From positions 11,902,352 to 11,966,351 of the forward strand of contig NC_092678.1 in the NCBI RefSeq assembly GCF_964355755.1: 64,000 nucleotides of DNA, given 5' to 3'. The position numbers and the translations under genes are program-made. This DNA comes from Antedon mediterranea (Eukaryota > Animalia > Echinodermata). Below the pieces are notes generated by a model. It saw nothing but the letters and a program-made list of their open reading frames with translations, made no database searches and had not been told where the DNA came from. Positions 1-15,600 of the stretch are shown here, in pieces; positions within the stretch are counted from its first letter, which is position 1; each line of letters starts with the position of its first letter.

Positions 1-482
1 CAGGGGTATCATGCAAATAATTGCGTTTTTAGAGTAACAGCAGCAAACAGAAAGCTCTTTTTTCGAACAGAAATAATAACCTAGGTGAATTTTAATTTTT
101 TGAATTTAAAAAATGTGAAATGATTCACAATACAAAAAAAACCCATATTTTTTAAAATGTATTCATTTTTTTATATTTGATTGGAATATGTGGTAGTTTT
201 TCAATTTATTACACATTTAAAAGCAAAAAAATACAATAAACAAAAAAAAAAAAAATAATGTTTTGTGAAGATACAAGGCAACAACGATAAATGATTATAT
301 AAACATAACTGAGCAAGATTGTAAATAAAACACTAATAATATGTCAATGTCAACAAAAACAAAAAATGAATCAAATGGATGCATTTTTAATAAATTTAAT
401 AATTTCCGGAATAATATAATAATATGCAAATTAAATTCGTGCAAAATGAACATTTGGTAATAGGTTTGGTTATATACAATAC

Positions 483-605
483 CTTGACAAACTATACCAT
501 CGCCATAGTAACCATCAATGCAACTACAGTTACGGCCTCCTTGTGGTAAAGACATACACACTGCATTCTGAGAACAGTCATTATCAACGTCGCATAAACT
601 GACAG
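483..605 (-). CDS. stabilin exon 37 (EGF)
   Basis: [17 protein letters not shown]...[15 protein letters not shown]. Confidence 0.9.
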
Positions 606-3600
606 CTGACAAAAGACAAAATTGTAAATTCATACAAAATGGTGCTTTTTGTAAGAACACCTTTAATGCTGCAACTATAGTGTGCCTAGTGAATATGAGA
701 GAGCTAAACATTTTTTTTCCATGGCAAAACTAAATGGTTTCTGCTAAGGAAAAAATAAAGGAGGTAGAATGATATTTCTGATTAATACGGTTCACAGTTT
801 CTAGTGGTAGGGATATAGCATGTAATTTATATCAAATGATTAATACGGTTCACAGTTTTAGTGGTAGGGATATAGCATGTAATTTATATCAAATGATTAA
901 TACGGTTCACAGTTTCTACTAGTAGGGATATAGCATGTAATTTATATCAAATGATTAATACGGTTCACAGTTTTAGTGGTAGGGATATAGCATGTAATTT
1001 ATATCAAATGATTAATATGGTTCACAGTTTCTAGTGGTAGGGATATAGCATGTAATTTATATCAAATGATTAATATGGTTCACAGTTTTAGTGGTAGGGA
1101 TATAGCATGTAATTTATATCAAATGATTAATACAGTTCACAGTTTCTAGTGGTAGGGATATAGCATGTAATTTATATCAAATAAAAGTGGCATACATAAT
1201 TTACCCATTTTTTCAAACTAAATCTAAATGGGCAAAATTTGACTCTTTGGTAGATGAGTATATGAACATGCAATGTGTAATGTAATGTAAATAAGATAAG
1301 GAAAGGTAAATGTTTTCTAACCTTCACAGTAAGTGCCATTGCCAGAAAAACCAAAAGAACAAACACACTGTGAAACATAACAACTGAAAAACAATAAGCC
1401 AAAAATATAAATAACACTTCATCACCCCATTAAAATAATAACCAAAATAAAAGACAATGAATAATAAATACTTACTAAGCTGAGGTGTGACAATTTGTAC
1501 ATGTTCCATTAATATCAGCTGAAAGTACAATGAATGCTCAACTTTAATTGTTTAAAAAAATGGATTTGTTCGTCCCGAGATATTATGTTCAATTATCGTA
1601 AAAGAAGACACTATACACTATTTATATTAGTAATGAGTATTTGACACAAAAACAATTAAGCTAGAAAACCAAATTCAAGTTTGATAGCTTAGGATTTACC
1701 AACTGTGACCACACCCCTATCATTTGCCAAATGTGGGAATGGGTCAAAATGTAAAGTTGGGGAAAAACCAACCCTGATTCGTTATACTCTCCAAGTTGAT
1801 TTTTACGTTGCTTGTTGTGATTCTATGAATAAAACAACAACATTTTGAAGTGTTTAGTTAAGAAGTGTTGGTTTAATAAATAAAGATTGAGATTTGTGAA
1901 AAAGTGCGACATTTAAGGTGTGTGACGTCAGTGTCTGAGGTTGGATCAGATGCTTGAAAAAAATAAATTAAATGAATGAATTTTAAATTTAATAATATCC
2001 GCTACAAACATTTTTAGTAGATATAGCTCTATTCTTAGTAGCCTTTAGTAGTTTTTTAGTAGACCTTTTCAGCTCACCTACTAAGGATTTTAACTCAAAT
2101 GGTATGACTTCTCAGCTATATAAAACAGATAGCTTATTAATAGTTACTGGCTATTATCAGTTTGTTAATACAGTAGTCTATCAGTAGGTTACTGGTAGCC
2201 ATTTTATAGCTTATTACAAGTAGAAAATAGATAGATACAACTGTGTTACTCATTGATTTAAAATAGTGAAAAACCTATTAGGAATTAAAATAAAATCTAC
2301 TTATTAGTAGGTTCTTAAAAGGCAAAAGAGCTACAATATATCTATTAGCTTATAAGGCTAATAAATATAGATATCTACTAAGACTGTTTGTCAAAATCGC
2401 AATTCATGGATATTTAATAATAACATTTTTAGGCCATTCTGAAGATGTCTTTTTTGGCATATTATTTCAGTAAACCAGTAAATTGTGATGCTCATTATCA
2501 TATCATAACAACCAATGCAACAATACCATTGTCACAATTTGAACCAGTCCATCCAGCATAGCATATACACTGACCATCCCCTTCACGTCCACTATTGCAT
2601 TCTCCATGGCTGCAGTTACACACTAAGAAAATGATTAAACAAACCACTTTTAAACTTACATTAAACAATATTTAATATTTATATTATTTATTTATTATAA
2701 AATATTTGAGTTTTAATGATTAAGTGGCAGATGCTTTTCTTACAGGCAGCATTTGAAAATGCTAGGCCTTACTCAGCCTGCACCTCGCCACTCAATGAGG
2801 ACATTTCTCAGTGATCAAGAAGTGTGGCGATGTGGAGAATTGATTGATTGATTGAAATACACTCGACAATAAAGCTTGGTTCCCACTAGAACGTAACGCA
2901 ACGCAAGCGTTTTAACCAATGACAAGCGATGTTATAGACAGTTAGCAATTGCAAACGAATAAGCCATCGCTTGTGATTGGTCAATTCACTTGCGTTGCGT
3001 TACGTCCTTGTGTTCCGTCGCTAGTGGGAACCAGGCTTAAAAATCAAATTGTGAAAGTGAAAGGTAATGAAATAATTGGAAAGGTAAGATAGCCAAAATT
3101 TAGGGCCGCGAAAAATGTTTGGCTTTACAATATGTTTTAACATTTAACATCAATGGCAGTAATATAAAGGCACCAATCATCTATCTCTGACAGGGGCAAT
3201 ATGAAACCACTGAAAGCTTAGTGTACATACATACAACATAACAAATTAACTAATGAGCATTAGCAACATTAATTGATCAATTTTACCTTGATTGCAATTT
3301 TCACCAAATAAATTGTCTTCACAAAGTTCACATGCAAAACCATGGAAACCAACTTCACAATTACATTCACCTGTACCCATGATGTCTTCGGAACAATTAC
3401 CATGGTTACTACATGGCATAGCCCATCCACCTGGACATTCTAATTATACAAAGAGAGAGAGATAGTTCAGCAACAACAGAAACCGGCCCAACTCCCATGG
3501 TTGCACACATTATCACAATGTCTATACTTTGTTTAATAATATATTTAGTTTTAATTAAATTTTTTAAATATGTATACAGTAGTATTTAATTGTCGTCACT

Positions 3601-6600
3601 CGTCACACGAACCGGCGAATCGTCATTTTGACGCAAATTTTTTTTTTATATATTTCGAAAGTATTTATTCTAAAGAACAATTGATGCAAATATCAACTGC
3701 GTATCTTATTTCATTAATTAATTATTTTATATTGTGATATTATAATCATTCGTCCCACGAAGCGTCGAATATCGATTCGTCACTTCGTGTGAGTAAAACG
3801 CGCATCGCGCACACTGTTTACGCACTCCAATAAACGGCGAATATGCAATTCGTCACTAATTGCATGTGATCTGATTGGTTTATTGCATATCTGGAACATT
3901 CCATTATTTTATGGCAAATTTTCAGTCCCGCGAAGTTAGATTGAGCATAGATTATAGAATATTGAACAGTATTTTACCCAGTAAAAACTGATTTTTGTGG
4001 TTATTGATAAATTATTTAGTAAACTAATTATATAAATACATTTCAGGAAATTTAATGCAACGTTTCAATGTTTGTTCTTTCGTACGTTCACTCGAGCACT
4101 AGCAAAACATTAAATTAAATTATGGCACTGACAACACATACACGAAACGGTACGGTAACGATTAGGCCTACATCAATGTTATAGTAATAAGTATTTTATA
4201 GAGAATAAATAACCTGATTATTAAAAAGAAACATCAAATTTCACCTCTATTGTTAATGTATAATAGCTACTAAGGATAATAACTTTCATTTCTGTATACA
4301 CATTTTTATTAAACAATTCATACATTTTGATGTTTAATTGATTTTTAAATTAGATAGTTACAGTATAATTATTATAATCAGTGCGTCACCAAATATCTTT
4401 GGGGGCATGGTTATACTAAATACTATCGTATACTATATAGGGTAATCTGCGCATTATCCTGTGATATGCCCTACAATAAGACCCCATTGCTATGGTATCA
4501 CATTAAATTAGTAAATAATTTAAATAAGCCTTTTAATACGAATATTAGAAAAGGCAGATAACACATTTAATGTTATTTAATAAATACTATATTGGCCATG
4601 AATGGCTAAATGATAGGCCTAATATGCTGAAAAAGTCGTATTGTACAATGGACTGTCTAAATTATTTTTTAACTGTTCCCGTAGGGCCTACTAAGGGAAT
4701 ATTGAATTAAAAACGTTTATTCTAACTATCTAACATTGCCTTGCCTTATGTAGAGATCAAATAATGTATAAATTAATAATTAAATCTAATTAAATGAACC
4801 ATGTTTACGTTTTTGCATTATTTACAATAGCTAAAATGATGTTTGTGCATCAGTTAGGCTACTATAAATTATATTTTGCAACTGATTTGTGATTGTTCTT
4901 TTGCATTTTTAACAGAATAATTTGTTTACTTTATATTATTATCGTTAGGGCCCTATCTAAGATGTTTACGTGGGACTGCCTATTCATTACCACGCAATCA
5001 CGGCGAATACCGCATATTTCATAGTCATTGCGTAAGGTTCTTGTTCACACGAAGTGACGAATATGCGTCGAATATCGCTTAGTTACGTGATACGCGGTAA
5101 ATAATCTTTACACGAAGTGACGAATGTATTAATTAAGTGATTACTCTTTAATTAATGAGTATATTTTTTTATGGACACTTTAAAATTATTCATTTGATAT
5201 ATTTTTACATAATTACCACAAAAATAATGGACATTCGCTTTTTTCTTGCGAGAAATGACCGTGCAAAAAGTGCCTTTTTTACAATCGTGATTTTCTCGAA
5301 ATGGACATTTTGCGGATTCGCCGGTTCTTGTGACGAGTGACGATGTAATATGGGCCATCCATTTATAAAAAAAAATGTTTTTAAATACAAGAGTGGACAA
5401 AATAAAAACAGAATACCACCATAAAAGACACTCAACATTAATGTTCCTAAATTAAGGGGTGCAACTCAAGCACAAGATACTGGGTGGGTATATGTACAAC
5501 AGTTCTTACCATTACAACTTTCACCATAGAAACCACTGCAACAGGCTAATGTCTATAGATACAATAAACAATATAATAGTAAATCTGTAATTTATAAACT
5601 AAATATTTTGAGGCCAAGGCCAATCTTAAATTGCAGAAAGTAAATCAACTAATACATTACTAAAGTGTAAGTTTTATTGAGTCAATGGCAGAGCAGTTAA
5701 GAAAGCTTCTCTGACAAGTTGCATATTATATGCTGTAGAAAAAAAATAAAGGAAATGCTTTGTGATGAGTAGGGAGTACCAGTGTTTATTAAGCTCTGTC
5801 CACACATCAAACAAACTAGTTTGACAAAAAAGTATATGGGCACATCACATTTTTTGACACATAAAGTTTGATAGTGTAGACAGAGCTTTAGATGAATGAG
5901 TGCCTGTATAATTACTGTGATTTTTATGTGATTTTTATTGAAAATATATTGTTATATTGAGATTCATAAGCATTTACACGAATGGTTAAACATTGTTTTG
6001 AGACCATATTACAGTTACCACTAGATCAGTGCTTCTATGAATGGCTGTTCTGTTTAGCACTAGTTAATCATACCCAGTACCATTTTGATTTTACAATCAG
6101 TAGGGAATTTATGTCACTTACTTTTACTGCATGGATATGTGATTTTTTTAGGGTGTTGTTAGGTGTATCTTATAGACAATTGGAGCATGGAGGTATAAAA
6201 TATGATTGGAGCATGTTATGTATGTAAATGTGTGGCAATTTATTTTGTACATAAGTTGGAGACTTCCATGTGAAAGATATTCAAACTACTTCCTGAATAT
6301 AACTTAACCCTATAAATAGAGACGCTGGTGTAGGTCAAATCCAGAGCTATGCTAAGTGGTGTGAAAGGGGTAATACTGTAGTTTATATGTGCTATATAAA
6401 TACACATTATTATATCAGTGGTAAAGCGCACTTAAGAATTTTAAATTAATTGTTACATTAAATCAATCAAACTGGTCTTGAAAACAATCAACAAATAAAT
6501 ATATAATATTGTTATTTTTACCTCTTTATGTTATACATTCACTTTCGCATCCTGTTACATAACATAGATTTTCATCTACATATGTGCATTCAGTTATAGT

Positions 6601-9600
6601 ATTGTATTTTACACGAAATGTGTGAATTATATTTCATACTGTAATTAAACTTTAATTCGTAAAATAGCGAAAAAATAATGAATGAAGAAATTGATAATTT
6701 ATATGTTATTTATGTGATAATTTTACTTTTAGAGACAACAAAAAAAGATTTTACTTTTGTAGTGATGTTTATTAATGTATCACATCTACTTCTGTAGATT
6801 GGAATGGCAGCTTCTACACCGTGAAGTACTCCTTTATCAGTCTCAATATCTACTTCAGTTAATGCTATTCTATTTACCAATACCTAAAAAGATAACATAA
6901 CATAAGATTGTCATTTATACAGTGCCTTTTACAATGATTAAAGTACTTTGAATTGTGTATCATTTAGTGAAGTTATTCCACATAGACCAAGCTTTGAAAA
7001 TGAATGTTCACTAGTGAACATGAGGAATGTAAAGTTTAGTAACATCGCGTTCAGACGTGAGACCAGTACGTTTACAATTGTACTACTAATTTTGAACTGC
7101 AATTCCGTCAAAAGTGGTATTAATACAGTATGAGTAATAATGATATTAAACTTGTCTATATATAACACTGATAAAACAAATAATCATTTCTCATAGCGCT
7201 TTACATTATGCTGGGTACAGCAGAGACAAAACATTCATTTTAATAAAAAAATTAATTAATTAAATAAATAGGTTTTTGAAAAAAATGTTTAACGAGCGAC
7301 ACTGTGCTTATATCACTTGGAAGTGGTAACCCATGGTACACCGAATACCAATCTTCTTAATTGTTTATTAATTAAATTGCAAAAGTACTGTTATTTGAAT
7401 ACATAAACAGTAGTAGTTCAAACTGAATTGCATGTATTTGCATTTCTTTTTTTACATTTTCATATTATTTCTTTTTGAATCTAGATGGATTGACTCATAA
7501 GTGACTTGCTCTCATTTCACACATAAAGAAGGAAGTGCGAAAGGAGTCTTATGTAGGCAAAATGAGGCGCTCCAGCTCAAAAGCGGCGCTGTGTCGCAAT
7601 AGACCAACCTATGTAATAACTATCACAAAGTTCAATTTCAGCGAATGTGAAAAAATTTTCAATTTTATTTTTTTTACATAATATGAATTATTGATATGTG
7701 TTTTACCTACCCACGAAGTCTTATTATGAACCAATAATTATAAATGTGTTAAATTCCGTAATCTTTGATGTGTGTTTCTTTTTAAATATCTGAAAACAAA
7801 AATGTACAGTGCCCGAACGACAATAAAATACTCCATTTTTCGCTAGAAGTATCATCGGCTTTCTCCTTCGCAAACTCCGCCATGTTTGGTATCGGCAGAA
7901 AGCTTAGATTTTATTCTATCTAACCCTGCCCTTGATTCGTTGGATAAATATTATTCTAACCAATTAAACATCGTCTTATTGCCGTCTTGTTGTTGCTACC
8001 CTGCCCAAACAAATCTGTAAAAACTACGTTGCTGATTGGTCAATTTTCATTACATCATTACTGAGCATGCGCATTTGCTATGTTTACGCTTCGATCTGGC
8101 TACCGCGCCTGCGCGAAGTAGATCGAATAACACATGTTCCAGGGAAATTCTTACGAAAACATTCTTTCTTCATTCATCTAGCGATAACTATTATTTATAT
8201 TACTGATTTTTCGCAATACGTTCGTAATGTCTCGGAAGGACCCGCCTAAGCAAATTCTAGATGCGTTAAATGGTGCCAATGATTTTGGTTTTAATAATGA
8301 GGATGCTGAAGTAATCTCAACCAACTCATGATGACCAAAACTAGGCCTAGGGCTAGGCCTTTAGTAGAGGGGTAGGCCCTAGCCTAGGCCTTTTTTTTGA
8401 CGAAGTGGAGAATGGCCATCCTAGGCCCGTTATCCATAGGGTAGATGTCCTTAGATGTAATGAAATGCTTCTGTAAGTACATTTTATTTTTTCTTGTATT
8501 TAAACTAAAATCCGTCTTGTCACATTAAATGTTAAATATCACTATGAAGAAATGATATAACTTTATATTATTAATATTACTAGCCTAGGCTAGGCCTACT
8601 ATGGTCTACTAATTCAATAAATTAGTTGAGGTAAAATAAAGTCAATTTAGGCCTAGGCTAATTAAAAATGTCAGTAAGCAAATTTGATTTTTACAAACAC
8701 ATTCATGCTTGTTTGTTAAATTAAACTGTCTGTATTTGTTTTTCTTTAGTTGTGACAAAACTGCAGATTGGTGTTCATTCAAAATGATGAAGAACTGCAG
8801 AAAATCCGATCATTCAAACGCTGCAGATGTGGTAACGGACCCGACAAAAACGTTTGCCTAAAACAATTTGAGGAAGAATTTATGTATGGTGTATACAATG
8901 AGTACATTAATACGCCAGAACAAAGCCTGCAGTTGCCAGAACCCATTCCATACCCTGGTTTATCATTTAAAGGGCAATCATACTTCTATGACTCGGTACG
9001 AGAGTTTTGTAAATTTGAGGCAAGGGATATTGTGTGTCCCGCTCCAAGCGAGTAGAGGTCCTGTCGCAATATTGTTGTAAAGTTAAAAATCTTAATTTAT
9101 TTATTTGCAATAAAATTAATATAGATTTTAAGTGACAGTTGCGGCAATTTTAACTGGTGAAATATTTTTATTTTTATTTGTTTTGTATTTATATTTTAAT
9201 GTGCAATCTATTCACTTTTCTATTAAATGAAATTTGTTGACGATCATACTGGTTTAACTTTTTTAACAGGGCAATAACTTTAATGGCAATTTATTAATAT
9301 ACTTTTATTTATACTTTCATTTTATACTTTCATTTTATACAGTAATTCAAAAATGTGTATATAAATTTTCTCAGTGTCATGCTTTGTCGACTTTCATTTT
9401 GTTGGCATTCAGTTGAGAAAATACTGTTTTTGAAAATGATAATGTTGAAATAAATTAATGATTTTAACAACTAATGTTCTTTATTGTATTGTTATTGTGT
9501 GTGCAAAATTTCTTTAGAATCAGACAATGGGAACTTTACTGTTGCTATGGTGTTTTGACTGTCCTTTTCCAAAAACCAGCACAGTTTACGCTCTGTTGAT

Positions 9601-12600
9601 TTCAAAGTCATGTTCCTCTAAAACCTGGATTTCCTTTTAGTGAAAGTGCTGTTTAGTTTTTGGCTTATAACTTTGGATAGGTTCAACTAAATTTAATGTA
9701 TGATATATCATTGTAAAGCTTAATATGTAAAGAATATGAATTTATAAAAAGATAGGAATGAAAAAAATTGATCTGGATGCTGATTTTGAGCTGGAGCGCC
9801 TCAAATATTAAAACTCTTGATTTTCCAAAATGAATGAAATTCTTGCACTTACCATGCTACTGTTAATGACACTAATAACAATGTCATCATAATTGTGTCC
9901 AAGCAATGTTTCCAATTGTAAACCATCCACAAGTTGTACAAAATGTAATTTACGACCAATGGTTGAGTATTTCAGATCAGCCTCCGTCTACACGATAAAA
10001 GCATTGAACTAATAATCGGGGACAACAAATTTGTACACAGCTGGTAATGGCTCATCTATCTTATAATACAAATCAGGGAAGAACTGGTATTTGTGGTTGA
10101 GTTGACGGTTCTTTCATATTATTCGCAATCAACTATTGCAATAAAAGTGGGTGCATAGAGGCAAAACAAGAATATCAATGCAGGAATGATACCACAAAAA
10201 TTATTATAAGTTACTTATTTTTCACAGTGTATGACCTTAAATTAGATAAAAAAAATTGTAGGGATAGGTTATTTAACATTTTTAAAAAACTGAAACTAAA
10301 CTTATACCAAATTAATATCCATGAGGGCACTATTGCTTGGGATAAACATTGTGTAGGAATCCAATTCTTGTAAACTTTCAGAGATTCCAGTCTCCTAAAA
10401 AATAAATTATAATAGTCAATGAAACATTGATTTCTTGAGTTGCAGAAAATAAAAAAACACAAAAACAATTTCTGAAAGAAATATTTTTGTCAATATATAA
10501 TAGGGATAAATTAATAAAATGGATTCCTTAATTACATACACATGCATAGATTCCCATAATGCAAAGTTCTTACAACTGAAGAAAATAATGACCAAGCACA
10601 AGGAGGCTTTAGAAGTGTAAAAACAAGGAAGGAAATGTGATTCAACATTTAAATAAAATTGATAAATAATTCTTAAGAACACGTTTGTTCTTGCTGCTAC
10701 AACCGTGTTCTTTAGAAGTATGTCGAGAAATTCTTTTTGGAAACACACGGTGTACTGCAAACCTATCTTTACTTGATAAATATTGTTATGTATTATTGTA
10801 TAGTAGAGTATGTGTAACTACTTACATTTAGCATCTGTCTAATTCTTGAGTACTTTGGATAACGTGAAAGCACATGCAAGATGTTGCCTGGTCCGGTTTG
10901 TGTAACAGGTGTTGGCTCAAAAATAGTTGAACTTATAAAAACCTAAACAATTTCAAATGATAATATTTATTGACAATACAATTCAAAAAACTGTAATCAC
11001 CAGCATTTGTTTACCAAATCTAGTATCTATAAAATATGTTATTAGGTGGGAATCTTTAAAAATATTTGTTTGTATTTTATTTGTAATGTTAAAGGCCACT
11101 GAGACTTCTAGATTGTTCTTAATTATAACTCTGTATTATTTATATATGGCATTTGATGAAATAAATTTTTGTTAAATGTGATTTTTATTTTGAATTTTAA
11201 GATTTGGTCCATACTCCTGCCACACACTTTGGATGGTTTTATAAAAAGAAAAAACTAAATATATAGATTGACAAATTTTAAACTTTAAATTTTCGAATAA
11301 TTGATATAGGTTTTATCAAAATTATTAGCTTTTATATTATAAAATATTTCTTTAAAATGTATTGTCCCCTAAAATATGAAAAATACATATGAATAAAATA
11401 GGCCATGTTATAGTTATTCATTCATTCTGCTATAGAACAGATTAATAACTTGTTATAATAATGGTTAAGCCTCTTCTAGATATATGATTTCCAGTTGACA
11501 TTTCCCCTTATTATTACGGTTTGTTGGATAAATAATTCAATTTTTTGTGAAAGTGAATAATTATGTGACAAAGAACATTCCTTATCCAATGAAGGTTCTG
11601 TAACTTCATACAATGTTTAGAATTAAACAAACCTGGTTAATTATATGAATGATTCCATTAACTGCAGGCTCATTGTTGATTACTATCTTTGCTTCATTCA
11701 CATACACACTCTAGCAAGAAATAGAGAAAGAGTAAATAATACAAGAGATGTTATCTATATATAAATTTACGTAAGGGCAAAATTCGGTAAATCGCGCCTT
11801 ACTTCTAGAATTTTCACTCGATGGTATGTAAAGTTGGTTCGTACTTTCGGTACTTATTTTAACCGCCTGATGTAACCCTGTTTACTAATTAAATTGAGTT
11901 AGATAATTAGTTATTGACGATTAAAACGAATTTAGGTTCAAAGATTTGCCCCAAATAGGGGTGTTTTCCGATCGTGGTATACACTGTCTAATGGATGTCC
12001 ATCTTGAAAAATACCCGCCAAAAAAATGCGAGGAGGCTTCGCATTTTTCTATCTCCTCCTACGATAATTGTTTTTAATAGCTGAAAACCGGTTGAACAGC
12101 TAGAGTACACCATCATAATGTTGAAGACAGGCCGATTTTCTTTAAAAAATACTATTTTGATAGATTTAATATACGATTATACAAATGTATTGATTTGCGA
12201 TGAATGGAACATCCCAATCTCTCAGTCTGCCAGAGTTGGTTTAACACAAGTACTGTGAGGTAAATTTATGAGCCCTTGGTTTAACACATACGGTAGGTAA
12301 ATATATGGGCCCTTTGAGAATAAACTTGCAATACTTTGACAATACTGTAAATACCTATTAACTATTTTTCATTTGAATCGAACATTTCTTACTGTGAATG
12401 TTCGTACTGTTAGATGTAATATAAAAATATATACAAATAAACTTTATTACTGAGACTGTGGATAGGCTCTACTGTTAGATATACAAATAAACTTTATACT
12501 GACAGTTCCTTCTCAACGTTTGTATTAATTAATAATTACCAAAAATATAAACGTCGTAGTGGTGTATCGTGACATGTACTTTAATATTTCAATCGATTAT

Positions 12601-15600
12601 GACAGTGACAATTTTAACAAAGTATTAAATCGCAAATGTTTTAGGCCTACTGTATTTAGAGGTATATTATTTATAGGCCTATAAAACATGAACAAAATAT
12701 TTCGTTACTCAGTGGATAAAGAATATATTTAAAAATTGTTCCTCTTTGTACCTATCCGCTTTCCCATCCCTCAACCCTAATGTTACATAGCGAGGAGGCT
12801 TCGCATTTTCCTATCTCCTCCTACGATAATTGTTTTTAATAGCTGAAAACCGGTTGAACAGCTAGAGTACACCATCATAATGTTGAAGACAGGCCGATTT
12901 TCTTTAAAAAAATACTATTTTGATAGATTGCTAGAGTACACCATCATAATGTTGAAGACAGGCCGATTTTCTTTAAAAAATACTATTTTGATAGATTTAA
13001 TATACGATTATACAAATGTATTGATTTGCGATGAATGGAACATCCAGTTTGGTTTAACACAAGTACTGTAGGTAAATTTATGAGCCCTTGGTTTAACACA
13101 TACGGTAGGTAAATATATGGGCCCTTTGAGAATAAACTTGCAATAGGTTCGGAAAATGTTAAAAACCAATTTCTATTATTTGAATCGGTAAACAGTTTCC
13201 ATTTATTATACATTGATAATGAAACATGAAATATTCCTATTTATGTCCCTCGAGGTTCATTACAATTTATATTTAGTAGTCCCACGGACTTCATCTTAGC
13301 CACTCCCCCGAGTGCTAAGGCCAAATTTATGATACCCTACTTTCTATGTAGTTACAGTTAGTTCTTGACGATAATAATAATACAACGAATTTAGGTTACA
13401 CCCTTCGGCCGCGAAAACGTTTCTGTACAAATATGATACCGATTGGCTTTATTTCATTCAACAGCGACCATAATCTCGGCAATTACAGGATAGATAAACT
13501 ATTTTATTATTGATGTGCTTATAAATTAAGACTCATGTAAACAGCTTGATTACATCATTTTACAGACAAACGAAACTTTTTTAAACCTACTGTTTCAATA
13601 ACTGAGTATAATACTGTATACGTTTTCATAAGTAAGTGCATATACATTTTCGTGTTTTCATTGACGAGATTGTAATAGTAACTTCAGTAACTATTACAGT
13701 ACTTATTTACGTAAGGGCAAAATTCGGTAAATCGCGCCTTACTTCTAGAATTTTCACTCGATGGTATGTAAAGTTGGTTCGTACTTTCGGTACTTATTTT
13801 AACCGCCTGATGTAACCCTGTTTACTAATTAAATTGAGTTAGATAATTAGTTATTGACGATTAAAACGAATTTAGGTTCAAAGATTTGCCCCAAATAGGG
13901 GTGTTTTCCGATCGTGGTATACACTGTCTAATGGATGTCCATCTTGAAAAATACCCGCCAAAAAAATGCGAGGAGGCTTCGCATTTTTCTATCTCCTCCT
14001 ACGATAATTGTTTTTAATAGCTGAAAACCGGTTGAACAGCTAGAGTACACCATCATAATGTTGAAGACAGGCCGATTTTCTTTAAAAAATACTATTTTGA
14101 TAGATTTAATATACGATTATACAAATGTATTGATTTGCGATGAATGGAACATCCCAATCTCTCAGTCTGCCAGAGTTGGTTTAACACAAGTACTGTGAGG
14201 TAAATTTATGAGCCCTTGGTTTAACACATACGGTAGGTAAATATATGGGCCCTTTGAGAATAAACTTGCAATACTTTGACAATACTGTAAATACCTATTA
14301 ACTATTTTTCATTTGAATCGAACATTTCTTACTGTGAATGTTCGTACTGTTAGATGTAATATAAAAATATATACAAATAAACTTTATTACTGAGACTGTG
14401 GATAGGCTCTACTGTTAGATATACAAATAAACTTTATACTGACAGTTCCTTCTCAACGTTTGTATTAATTAATAATTACCAAAAATATAAACGTCGTAGT
14501 GGTGTATCGTGACATGTACTTTAATATTTCAATCGATTATGACAGTGACAATTTTAACAAAGTATTAAATCGCAAATGTTTTAGGCCTACTGTATTTAGA
14601 GGTATATTATTTATAGGCCTATAAAACATGAACAAAATATTTCGTTACTCAGTGGATAAAGAATATATTTAAAAATTGTTCCTCTTTGTACCTATCCGCT
14701 TTCCCATCCCTCAACCCTAATGTTACATAGTGAGGAGGCTTCGCATTTTCCTATCTCCTCCTACGATAATTGTTTTTAATAGCTGAAAACCGGTTGAACA
14801 GCTAGAGTACACCATCATAATGTTGAAGACAGGCCGATTTTCTTTAAAAAAATACTATTTTGATAGATTGCTAGAGTACACCATCATAATGTTGAAGACA
14901 GGCCGATTTTCTTTAAAAAATACTATTTTGATAGATTTAATATACGATTATACAAATGTATTGATTTGCGATGAATGGAACATCCAGTTTGGTTTAACAC
15001 AAGTACTGTAGGTAAATTTATGAGCCCTTGGTTTAACACATACGGTAGGTAAATATATGGGCCCTTTGAGAATAAACTTGCAATAGGTTCGGAAAATGTT
15101 AAAAACCAATTTCTATTATTTGAATCGGTAAACAGTTTCCATTTATTATACATTGATAATGAAACATGAAATATTCCTATTTATGTCCCTCGAGGTTCAT
15201 TACAATTTATATTTAGTAGTCCCACGGACTTCATCTTAGCCACTCCCCCGAGTGCTAAGGCCAAATTTATGATACCCTACTTTCTATGTAGTTACAGTTA
15301 GTTCTTGACGATAATAATAATACAACGAATTTAGGTTACACCCTTCGGCCGCGAAAACGTTTCTGTACAAATATGATACCGATTGGCTTTATTTCATTCA
15401 ACAGCGACCATAATCTCGGCAATTACAGGATAGATAAACTATTTTATTATTGATGTGCTTATAAATTAAGACTCATGTAAACAGCTTGATTACATCATTT
15501 TACAGACAAACGAAACTTTTTTAAACCTACTGTTTCAATAACTGAGTATAATACTGTATACGTTTTCATAAGTAAGTGCATATACATTTTCGTGTTTTCA

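Noticed and set aside
9988-10059. Possible longer exon 30 containing two TAG stops
   Set aside because: A good acceptor (ttttatcgtgtag) at 9988 and a separate exon at 10308-10394 restore the FAS1 domain without stops
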